A DNA stretch of 10,551 nucleotides from Chlamydiota bacterium (GTDB taxonomy: Bacteria > Chlamydiota > Chlamydiia > Chlamydiales > SM23-39), in the NCBI GenBank assembly GCA_039179045.1, contig JBCDEZ010000042.1, positions 1 to 10,551 on the forward strand, in the 5' to 3' direction. How positions within the stretch are numbered: position 1 is the stretch's first letter; every line of letters begins with the position of its first letter. A program made the position numbers and the translations under genes. A model generated the notes under the pieces. The model did not search any database. It was not told the origin of the DNA and was given only the letters and a program-made list of their open reading frames with translations. This document shows positions 1 through 7,226 of the stretch, piece by piece.

Positions 1-37
1 ATCCAAGATTTCTAGAGCAGAATGTGAAGCAAACTGA
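1..37 (+). CDS. Possible 3' end of a convergent copy or paralog of the 537-aa gene (...SKISRAECEAN*), partial
   Basis: The frame from position 2 reads SKISRAECEAN then TGA at 35-37, identical to the C-terminus of 141..1754. This follows from the inverted repeat and could be an artefact. Confidence 0.35.
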   Translation, partial: SKISRAECEAN

Positions 38-80
38 TTGACTTCTGCTAAAAAACAGAAAAAAGTTGACCTACAGCCTA

Positions 81-102
81 CCCCCCTCCTGCAAGAGGGG
101 GG
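81..102. terminator. GC-rich hairpin, probable (bidirectional) intrinsic terminator
   Basis: CCCCCCTC-CTGCAA-GAGGGGGG, an 8-bp perfect stem about 40 nt past the stop of the minus-strand gene. U-tracts are weak on both strands. Confidence 0.55.
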
Positions 103-140
103 CATTTCTCTCAAAATATCTGTTTTTTAGCAGAAGTCAA

Positions 141-1754
141 TCAGTTTGCTTCACATTCTGCTCTAGAAATCTTGGATATCTGGACGTCTGATTTTCTTAG
201 TCCAATTTGGAATGTGCTGATCGCTTTGGCGTAGTGTCCCGCGTATTTTCCAGAGTTCTCTCCCTGTATTATTTTGAATTTGTAATGTAGTTTGTCGATT
301 ACTGTATTGCTTGCCTCGTCATAGTGTCTATGCGATCTTCCTGAATCTGGCATAAGTGGGCTTTCCATTTGACTACCTAGCCCGCTTCGCTGAGCCACAT
401 CCGGGTTGCTGTATCGCAGACCGTTTCGTTCGTTTGGTGCTTGGAAAAACTGTCTGTCTAAAATTTCTCGGGCAGATCTAGCGGCCCCTTGTCCCAAGAA
501 AGTATATAGAGTGCTTTTCTCTTTGAAAGAGCGATTCTTCGTTTGGAATTCTGCTAACCCCATCAACTTGACGTCGAGATTTTTCTCCAAAAATAGTACC
601 CTTCCACTCGGATCTTTTGATATCAAGCGATGCACTTTCCTCTGTTCTTGTAGACTAAGGAAAAGAAATACAAGGCCAATCAAAAGAGGAATGCCTCCTG
701 CCAGGCTAAACATCAGGCATCGAACGCCGGTCTTTCTGTAACTTGCTGCGCGTTGGACTGTAGCAAAAGATTCTAGTATCTCTTTCTCGTCACGGCGAGA
801 GCTGACAACAGAAGATGTTTGATTCGCGTAGAGTAAATAGGTTTGTCCATCCATTTCAACAGTAGTAAGTGTACGGGGAATGTCTTTTTCGAGCTGGGCA
901 ATTTTCTCGTCTAAGATATTCGTTTCCAGTTTGTTTATAAGGTCGCGTATCTTTGGATTAGACATAGTCACGTTGAAAGTGTTGCGTATTTGAGCTAGGC
1001 TAGCCTCGGTCTGAGGAATCTCATCTACAAGACGTTTGAGCGTATTTGCCTTTTTGACTATTTTCTCTGCGCATCCATGGTTCTTTGCAACCTTCTCGAG
1101 CATTTCAATTTTCCTTACCAAAACTGTGAGTGTAGAAGTAGCATTGGGATTTGACACTGCTTCAAGCGCAGCAAACTCCAGGCGAAGAGAGAGGTAAAGT
1201 TCTACAAGTCCTATACGCACTTTCTGGTTTCCTCGCAAAAGTGCCTCACATTTTTGAAAAAATACGTTCGTCTTTTCAATTGGGCAACCGGGAGCTAACA
1301 GCGCCTCTTTACTATCGATCAAAAGTTTGGTTAAACTCTCTTCGGTGGTTATTGGAGTGATGGAGCTCGATTTTTGAGCGATGATTTCGCCCACCAGCGC
1401 TGTCAGAGGATAGGGCTTGATATTTTCGATAGCGGTATTTGCTGCCCCGGGCATTGCTACTACGGGATGCTCGACGACTATGGGACGCGGAGTGAGCTCG
1501 CTTCCCACGTTGATGTCTCTTCCGATGCTATTTGCAAAGGCTTGAGCGGCGGCGACGCTTTGCGCGTTACTTGCGCCGTTCAATACAGCTGAGAAATCCA
1601 TTTCACCTGTTTGCAGTTCGTTTGTATTGACGCCTCTAACGGGAATCTTGTTGCTTTGTTCATTTGTTTTTCTATCCGTTGAGCAATCTTCTTTCTGCTC
1701 ATTTTTTATTATATTAATTCCAACGCCGGTTTCATGGTTAATTTTGATACTCAT
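141..1754 (-). CDS. Hypothetical protein, 537 aa; candidate secreted effector with helical/coiled-coil region and one hydrophobic segment
   Basis: Long ORF with SD AAGGGG 7 nt before the ATG and a strong promoter. Polar N/S/T-rich N-terminus with no Sec signal, helical region at about aa 140-290, hydrophobic stretch at aa 344-368. No family recognised. Confidence 0.85.
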   Translation of the reverse strand: MSIKINHETGVGINIIKNEQKEDCSTDRKTNEQSNKIPVRGVNTNELQTGEMDFSAVLNGASNAQSVAAAQAFANSIGRDINVGSELTPRPIVVEHPVVAMPGAANTAIENIKPYPLTALVGEIIAQKSSSITPITTEESLTKLLIDSKEALLAPGCPIEKTNVFFQKCEALLRGNQKVRIGLVELYLSLRLEFAALEAVSNPNATSTLTVLVRKIEMLEKVAKNHGCAEKIVKKANTLKRLVDEIPQTEASLAQIRNTFNVTMSNPKIRDLINKLETNILDEKIAQLEKDIPRTLTTVEMDGQTYLLYANQTSSVVSSRRDEKEILESFATVQRAASYRKTGVRCLMFSLAGGIPLLIGLVFLFLSLQEQRKVHRLISKDPSGRVLFLEKNLDVKLMGLAEFQTKNRSFKEKSTLYTFLGQGAARSAREILDRQFFQAPNERNGLRYSNPDVAQRSGLGSQMESPLMPDSGRSHRHYDEASNTVIDKLHYKFKIIQGENSGKYAGHYAKAISTFQIGLRKSDVQISKISRAECEAN

Positions 1755-1789
1755 AATAAAACCCCTTTTATAAAAATAAGTATTCCACT

Positions 1790-1818
1790 ATTATATCAAA
1801 TTATTTAAATTATATAAA
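1790..1818 (-). promoter_or_regulatory. Sigma70/sigma66-type promoter of the 537-aa gene
   Basis: Minus strand TTTATA-N17-TATAAT with extended -10 (TGaTATAAT) and a very AT-rich upstream region. Confidence 0.65.
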
Positions 1819-2011
1819 GAATATTTTACTTGTATTTATTTTTTATACGTGGTATTCTCTCTGGAAATTTTCGTTTTTGCGCCTTTTTTAGGAGAAAATG
1901 CAAGAAAAGTGGCGTAAAAAGAGGGCTGGCTAGAAAACTACCCGCAAAACATACCCTCGTAGCAAGGAGGCTTTTTGCACAAATTTTTTCCTGTTGCAGT
2001 TTGATACAAGC

Positions 2012-2061
2012 AAAAAAGGGTCCATATTGCGCATATTTCGGTCCCATATACGCAATATCCC
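2012..2061 (-). terminator. Intrinsic terminator of the IspD-SDR gene
   Basis: Minus strand GGG-ATATTGCGTATAT-N9-ATATGCGCAATAT-GGA-CCC-TTTTTT: a 13-bp stem (one G.U) plus outer GGG/CCC and a U6 tract, about 30 nt after the stop at 2094. Confidence 0.7.
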
Positions 2062-2093
2062 TGTTTTTGTTGGTACCACTCTAAGCAGACACC

Positions 2094-3416
2094 TCAAAAC
2101 TGCTGGAGTTCTACAATAGATCCGGTGACGTGGGGGTCTTTTAGGAGAGAAATGGCCGATTCAGCGACTTTTTTTGGTGGGAGAAGCGCGCTACGCTCTT
2201 CATGGGGAAAATTCATGAAGCGCATCTTGGTAGAGCACCTAGGGGGGATGAGGCTATTGATGCGCAGATGCGGCTCTTCTTCAGCTAAACCTTCTGTAAA
2301 ATTGACTACAGCTGCTTTGCAAGCAGAGTAGATTCCGTAGCCTCCTCTGCCCCTCGTAAAAGAAGAGGAGGCAAAATTGATGATGTGCCCCCCTGATTTG
2401 ATGCGCGCATGCTTGCATGCGTAGATCACCCCTCGGAAGTTGATATTCACAAGTTGCTCGATCTCATGTCCGGAGAGGGATTTGAGTGGATTGATTCGGA
2501 GGTAACCGGCCGTATTGAGAAGACCGTCTACCTCGCCTACTTCTTGGTAAATCCGAGAGAAGAGATGAGCAATAGTAGAGGGAGTCTCGAGATCTACTTC
2601 GTAGGGAGAAGAGCGGGATGCGCAAATTGAGCGGGCGCCTTCTTCCTCTAAAAGAGCAGAGATCTCCTGGCCAATTCCTCCACTTGCCCCGAGAATAATA
2701 TAGATTTTTCCCCTCAGGGAGAGGCTGGGACAAGGGGCACGTTTCTTTTTCGAGAGAAAATGGGAGAGGATCTCGAAATCGGAGCTATTGGTGAGTTTTT
2801 GGTTTGTGGCTTCCCCTGAGACAATATCCACAGGATATCCTGAGCGGAGGAGCAAGGAGCAGTCGTCGGTCGCTTGGTCCCATCCCTCTTCGAGAGCTTG
2901 CGTGTGGGCTTTTTGGATTAGAGGAAGAGAAAAGGTTTGGGGAGTCTGGCCGAGCAAAAACTGGTTCCTATCGGGGATCGAGGCGATTCCTCCGCTCTCC
3001 TTTCTGATCGAGATCGTATCTGAGGCAGGCAGGCAAGTATTGACTGCTCCTTTTTCTGCAGCCAGGCGAATGTTTTCTTCCAAGATCCTTTGGGAAACAA
3101 GGGGTCTTGCTGCATCGTGGATCAAAACGAGATCTCCTTGTAAGGCCTCTATCCCTTTTCTCGACGACTCTTGACGTGTTTTTCCCCCCAGAAGAACGCG
3201 GCATTCTGGGTGCCAATTCTCTACACGACTGAGCCAATCTGGGTGGCATACAAGAAGAATTTCATCGATGAAGGGGCACTCTTTGAGCGCTGTAAGCGCG
3301 TACTCATAAACCCGCTTACCGTTGATGCGTAAAAACTGCTTCGGGAGCGCTCCCCCGGCACGCGTTCCTCTTCCCGCCATCAAAAGAAGAGCTGCTACTC
3401 TTTTGTTTTGATACAT
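2094..3416 (-). CDS. Bifunctional IspD/TarI-family cytidylyltransferase / SDR oxidoreductase (Bcs1/Acs1-like CDP-ribitol synthase), 440 aa
   Basis: N-domain motifs: AGRGTR..LPKQF, GGKTRQES, LIHDAARP, QTPQTF, TDD, KLT. C-domain motifs: GASGGIG, NTAG, SSSFTRGR, YSACK (YxxxK). Start moved from 3449 to ATG 3416 because the promoter overlaps the 3449 ATG. Confidence 0.9.
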   Translation of the reverse strand: MYQNKRVAALLLMAGRGTRAGGALPKQFLRINGKRVYEYALTALKECPFIDEILLVCHPDWLSRVENWHPECRVLLGGKTRQESSRKGIEALQGDLVLIHDAARPLVSQRILEENIRLAAEKGAVNTCLPASDTISIRKESGGIASIPDRNQFLLGQTPQTFSLPLIQKAHTQALEEGWDQATDDCSLLLRSGYPVDIVSGEATNQKLTNSSDFEILSHFLSKKKRAPCPSLSLRGKIYIILGASGGIGQEISALLEEEGARSICASRSSPYEVDLETPSTIAHLFSRIYQEVGEVDGLLNTAGYLRINPLKSLSGHEIEQLVNINFRGVIYACKHARIKSGGHIINFASSSFTRGRGGYGIYSACKAAVVNFTEGLAEEEPHLRINSLIPPRCSTKMRFMNFPHEERSALLPPKKVAESAISLLKDPHVTGSIVELQQF

Positions 3417-3439
3417 ACCTATCCCAACATCTTTGAGAA

Positions 3440-3468
3440 AATATACCATGGCAAAACGATCGATTCAA
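3440..3468 (-). promoter_or_regulatory. Sigma70-type promoter of the IspD-SDR gene
   Basis: Minus strand TTGAAT-N17-TATATT with extended -10 TG (TGgTATATT). Confidence 0.65.
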
Positions 3469-3497
3469 ATGGATTATCTCCTCGAAGGGGGAGGTTT

Positions 3498-4919
3498 TTA
3501 CTGAGCAGATTCGTAGAAAGAGAATAGGTCTTGGCAAAGGCGCTTGCGCGCTCTTTCCTTGAGATACATCATGTGCCCGCCTTCATAATTTTGTACGGTC
3601 ACATTGTTGTAGAATCGAGGGTCGAGCTTTGCGAAGGTATATTCAGCAGCGGCAAACGGGGTTACCAGGTCAAAATAGCCTGAAGCGGAGAAGACGCGCA
3701 TTGTAGGATGGGCGCCCATTGCTTCTTCCAGAGCATGTACAAAAGAGTAATTCCTTTGCTCCAAAGAAGAAAAATCCCAATGGTGAAATAGGTCGTAGGA
3801 GAGAAGTTTGTAAGGGCGGGGAGGAGAGAAGCCTAGTTCTTCTGAAAAATAGCTTTGTATACCAGCACAAAACATACCCAAGGTGGGGGTAGAGCTCGGA
3901 TCTTGATTGTTTGAGGAGAGGTTGGGGAAGTAGCCAGAGTGGGAGGTAGTGTCGTAAAATCCCACAAGTTCTCTCTCCTCTGCAAAAAAAGAGGTAGCGA
4001 AGCTGAACAGGTCGAGTTCTAAACCGTTTTCCAGCCAGATGTTCTCTTCAATCCCTGTCCCGCTTGCAAGCTCTTTTGCCATCGATTGACGCGCTTCTAG
4101 ATCTTGGCAGGCATCACTCAAGATAAAGGGCACATATTTTCTGGTAGTGAACATTTTGGAAAAAGCCACCACCTCTTCGAGAGTCTGTCCTTGGAAGGCT
4201 TTTTGGTGGTGCCAGCCGGTAAGGAAGTAGGTGGGAAGAGAGAAGATCTGTCCATGAAATGCATATGGACTCGAGCCAAGCACTTTGTAGTCAAGCGCAG
4301 GGGAAAGGAAAATGGCGCCCTCTAGGTAGATGCCTTCTTCGTGGAGCGCTTCGGCCAGCCCCGCCACGCGAATGGCCCCGTAGCTCTCTCCGATCAGGTA
4401 TTTGGGGCTATTCCACCTCTGTTCTTTCTGCAGGTAGAGCGAGACCGCCTTTTTCAGACTTTCAATATCGGCCATTGTCTCTGCATACCTGTACGGGTTA
4501 CTTTGGTCTTGGCAAATACTAAAACCAGTGCCGATCGAATCGATGAATACGAGATCGGTTGCAGGCAAAAGAGTCTCTTGGTTTTCTATCCAGATATAGG
4601 GAGGAGAGGTACAAGCTTCCTCTGTCAAAAAGCGGTTGGGACCGAAGGCTCCCATATGGAGCCAAGCCGTAGAGGAGCCTGGACCTCCATTGAAGCAAAA
4701 GGTGATGGGGCGGCGCCTGTCTGTTCCTTTTTTCGTATAGCTTGCGTAGAATACTGTGGCTATTTTCTTTCCGGTTTCATCAGCTATAGGGAGAAAATCG
4801 CACTCGGCGACATAGTTATAGGATTGCTCACCAACAGTTACACTCCCCTCATGTTGGTGAGGCGAGGAGAAAGCAGGGGCGACAAGGATTGGAGAAAAGA
4901 GGAAAAGCAGGTAGCGCAT
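3498..4919 (-). CDS. Peptidase family S10 serine carboxypeptidase with signal peptide, 473 aa
   Basis: Motifs FNGGPGSS, DLVFID..GTGFS, GESYG (catalytic Ser), GYFDL (Asp), GGHM (His). Start MRYLLFLFSPILVAPAFS at 4919 has a GGAG SD. The longer track start overlaps the divergent gene. Confidence 0.92.
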   Translation of the reverse strand: MRYLLFLFSPILVAPAFSSPHQHEGSVTVGEQSYNYVAECDFLPIADETGKKIATVFYASYTKKGTDRRRPITFCFNGGPGSSTAWLHMGAFGPNRFLTEEACTSPPYIWIENQETLLPATDLVFIDSIGTGFSICQDQSNPYRYAETMADIESLKKAVSLYLQKEQRWNSPKYLIGESYGAIRVAGLAEALHEEGIYLEGAIFLSPALDYKVLGSSPYAFHGQIFSLPTYFLTGWHHQKAFQGQTLEEVVAFSKMFTTRKYVPFILSDACQDLEARQSMAKELASGTGIEENIWLENGLELDLFSFATSFFAEERELVGFYDTTSHSGYFPNLSSNNQDPSSTPTLGMFCAGIQSYFSEELGFSPPRPYKLLSYDLFHHWDFSSLEQRNYSFVHALEEAMGAHPTMRVFSASGYFDLVTPFAAAEYTFAKLDPRFYNNVTVQNYEGGHMMYLKERARKRLCQDLFSFYESAQ

Positions 4920-4998
4920 GGCTGTCTCCAGATAAAATATTGAAGAACTATAGCAAAGAGGGTAAAAAAGAATACAAAACTTTGATGTAGGAGAATTG

Positions 4999-5817
4999 AT
5001 GAAAAGGGCGATTGTAGTTTTGGGGATGTTTTTTGCAAGCATGTTGCAAGCAGAAGAAGCATGCTTTTTGACTAAGGGATTTGAACCGGAGTGCACCCAC
5101 TTCCCTTATGAAAATCGCATTGTTTTGCGTCCGATTCTCTCTTATCTTTCCATTCGATATAGAAAAGATGTTCCCTCTGCAAATCTCCCGCAGAAATACG
5201 CTGGAATGGTAGGAGGAGGAGAGGTGCTCTACGAACGGGACTCTTACGGGGGGCTCTACGCTTTTTTGGAGTCACGGATCTTGTCTGGCAAGCTCGCTCA
5301 AGACGAGCCTGATCAAGGGCGCGACGCGCGCGTATTCGACGCTCTTGCTAAGGGTTGTCTCGGCTGCAGTTACCTCGCCTTGCAGGGGAATCGTCTCCGC
5401 GTTTCTCCCTATGTTGGATTGGGGTTTTCCTACTTTCAGGAAAAAGGAGATGATCTTTTTCCTTATGGAGAAAATCAGTATCTCACGATTTTGCTTCCCG
5501 TAGGCTTCCGCCTTTCTTACCGCGCCATGGATACCATTTCGCTCGGATTTCGCTTCGAATGGTTGCCCGATCTCGATACTACCACGCAGATGGGAGAGGA
5601 ACGAAATCTCCGTTATGTACTTGCTACCAAGACGAACCAGCTTTTTGTAGAGCTCCCCGTTGAGTTTTTCTGGGCCGAAATTTTTTCCTTAGAGATCACC
5701 CCTTTTTGGGAGCGGAGGAAAACAGGTAATTTCGCAGGAGAATTTGCCTCCCGATCGATTCCCTCCACAATGCGGACCTACTGGGGCGGAAAACTAGGAC
5801 TAGCTTTTCTCTTTTGA
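4999..5817 (+). CDS. Outer-membrane beta-barrel protein (autotransporter-beta/porin-like), 272 aa
   Basis: AGGAG SD at 4989-4993. Signal peptide MKRAIVVLGMFFASMLQA. Amphipathic aromatic beta-strands (RVSPYVGLGFSY, LPVGFRLSY, ISLGFRFEW) and a C-terminal BAM-type signal GGKLGLAFLF ending in Phe. Confidence 0.8.
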   Translation: MKRAIVVLGMFFASMLQAEEACFLTKGFEPECTHFPYENRIVLRPILSYLSIRYRKDVPSANLPQKYAGMVGGGEVLYERDSYGGLYAFLESRILSGKLAQDEPDQGRDARVFDALAKGCLGCSYLALQGNRLRVSPYVGLGFSYFQEKGDDLFPYGENQYLTILLPVGFRLSYRAMDTISLGFRFEWLPDLDTTTQMGEERNLRYVLATKTNQLFVELPVEFFWAEIFSLEITPFWERRKTGNFAGEFASRSIPSTMRTYWGGKLGLAFLF

Positions 5818-6474
5818 AGGGGGTGTTCTCTGCAGGACAGGGGTAGGAGTTCGGTTGCGGAACTTGAGTTCGATATCGCTATAAAAAGCGCCTTGGCGCA
5901 CGATCTCCTCATCACCCACAAACCAGGCATTTTCCAGCTGCAAGTGTGTCCACATTTTATCGATAGCGTAGTAAAATGACTCCTCAAACGAGGTGACTCC
6001 CCAAAGTTTTTCGTAACTGCGCAGGTAAGAGGCGCGCAACGTGGGGATGTAGCGTGCCTCCAAACAGTAAGCATGTGCGCAGCAAGAGACCAAGACGCGC
6101 TTGATGCGTGGATCATCTGTATTTTCCAGGTGGTGTGGATTCGTTCCGAGATAGAAAAGATCCCAATCGTGCAAAGAGATGAACTGCTCGAACCGTGCTA
6201 TATAGGCCCATACCACCTCTTTGGGCTGCAGAAATACCAGATCATCTTCTAAAATCAAAAAGCGGTTCCATCCGTTTTCGAGAGCGCAGTCGAGGGCTTT
6301 GATGTGGCTAAGAGCGCATCCCCGCGTGCCGTTGATCGAAGAGTGCGCCTCGATGCGCGTGATCTTCTCCACAGGCACTTCCATTTTTTCGAGCTCCGAC
6401 TCGATTGAGGCTCTGCGATCTGTCCTCTCTGCAAGATTGATGTACAAAATCTGATCGAAAAAATCCCATGACAT
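5800..6474 (-). CDS. Glycosyltransferase family 25 (LgtB/Lex1-like), 224 aa
   Basis: Motifs YINL..RTDRR, GCALSH, FLILEDD, AHAY, ID. ATG 6474 has a GGAGG SD 6 nt upstream. Overlaps the 3' end of the barrel gene by 18 nt. Confidence 0.9.
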   Translation of the reverse strand: MSWDFFDQILYINLAERTDRRASIESELEKMEVPVEKITRIEAHSSINGTRGCALSHIKALDCALENGWNRFLILEDDLVFLQPKEVVWAYIARFEQFISLHDWDLFYLGTNPHHLENTDDPRIKRVLVSCCAHAYCLEARYIPTLRASYLRSYEKLWGVTSFEESFYYAIDKMWTHLQLENAWFVGDEEIVRQGAFYSDIELKFRNRTPTPVLQRTPPSKEKS

Positions 6475-6599
6475 GCGTAACCTCCATTTTCCTCTTTTAT
6501 AACAAAAAGAAGAGAAAGTAGCTCCTAAACAGAGAATATAGACAAAAAAAACTTGAATGGATACCCTACGGAAATATGCGTATTGAATAGGAGTTATCC

Positions 6600-7142
6600 A
6601 TGCAGGGCAATGTTGTTTCGAAGAAAATTTTATGGATGGGTGTGATTTGTTTGAGCCCGTTTTGTGCAAGACTGGAAGGAGCGCCTTTTCCCAATGCAAA
6701 GAGCAGCCTTGCAGCAGTGGAACAGAGTGTGTCGGATATAGAAAACCGACGATCGGTCGCTTTTTCCAAAAGAGAATCTGAAAAAGCCAATCCCATGCTT
6801 TACAGCTCTCCTCAGGGGAAAAAACAGACGAAGTATGACCAGTATTCACTAAAAGATGAGAACTTCAAGCCCGAAGAGTATGAAGTGTCTGGTAGAAAAA
6901 AACGGCCAAAGCAGAAGTATAACTCCTCTCAAGATCGCTTCACAGGCCAGATGGACTTAGCGGGCAGAAAAGTGCGCTCTACTGCAGATCTGCCTAAAGA
7001 AACACCGACTTTCTCTAAAAAAAATGCGAGGACCAGTTCCTACGCAGAGCCGAAAGAAGTATCTGATACGGGATCTGATACAGATCCTGACTTTTTCGAA
7101 AAAAAAGACGGGTCTTCCGAGATACAAACAGACCTTCCCTAG
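6600..7142 (+). CDS. Hypothetical exported protein, 180 aa, highly charged and probably disordered
   Basis: AGGAG SD 6 nt before the ATG. Signal-peptide-like N-terminus (KKILWMGVICLSPFCARLEGA), K/E/S/D-rich body, followed by a terminator-like hairpin. Confidence 0.75.
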   Translation: MQGNVVSKKILWMGVICLSPFCARLEGAPFPNAKSSLAAVEQSVSDIENRRSVAFSKRESEKANPMLYSSPQGKKQTKYDQYSLKDENFKPEEYEVSGRKKRPKQKYNSSQDRFTGQMDLAGRKVRSTADLPKETPTFSKKNARTSSYAEPKEVSDTGSDTDPDFFEKKDGSSEIQTDLP

Positions 7143-7156
7143 GTTGCCCCACTGAA

Positions 7157-7188
7157 AGGGCGCTTACCTCTTCGGAGGAAAGTGCTTT
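7157..7188 (+). terminator. UUCG-tetraloop hairpin, probable terminator between the 180-aa gene and rsmB
   Basis: GCGCTT-A-CCTC-TTCG-GAGG-A-AAGTGC followed by TTT, with a C(UUCG)G loop, shortly after the stop at 7142. Confidence 0.55.
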
Positions 7189-7226
7189 CCTGGAGATCTC
7201 TTTTTTGTCATGATAGATGGGCAAAT

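Larger units (their letters stand above)
1..177. repeat. Perfect inverted repeat, arms 1-59 and 119-177, 59-bp unique spacer; left arm truncated by window edge
   Basis: 1-59 (ATCCAAGATT...AAAAAACAGA) is the exact reverse complement of 119-177 (TCTGTTTTTT...AATCTTGGAT). Pairing fails at 60/118. The arm covers the last 11 sense codons and stop of the 141..1754 gene plus 22 nt downstream. Confidence 0.97.

Noticed and set aside
1..177. IS/MITE terminal repeats, hairpin telomere or CRISPR interpretation of the inverted repeat
   Set aside because: The arms include coding sequence of the adjacent gene. No transposase or target duplication is visible, the 59-bp asymmetric spacer does not fit a telomere, and there are no direct repeat-spacer units.
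1826..2084. ORFs 1826..2047 (-) and 1830..2084 (+)
   Set aside because: F/K-rich translations of A/T runs and hairpins overlapping a terminator. No credible RBS or motif.
2094..3416. Calling the gene ispD or ispDF
   Set aside because: The C-terminal domain is an SDR, not IspF, and the architecture matches Bcs1-type enzymes, so no symbol was assigned.
3478..3493. Hairpin CTCCTC-GAAG-GGGGAG after the S10 stop as a terminator
   Set aside because: On the transcribed minus strand the stem has a C-A mismatch and no U-tract, so it is too weak to call.
4341..4943. 200-aa + strand ORF and other short nested ORFs throughout the window
   Set aside because: Antisense or alternative-frame shadows of well-supported genes, with no recognisable motifs.
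4920..5096. N-terminal extension of the S10 peptidase in the ORF track (532 aa)
   Set aside because: Overlaps the divergent barrel gene. The SD and signal peptide fit ATG 4919.
6475..6849. N-terminal extension of the GT25 ORF (349 aa)
   Set aside because: Antisense to the 180-aa gene. The GT25 fold begins right after ATG 6474, which has a GGAGG SD.
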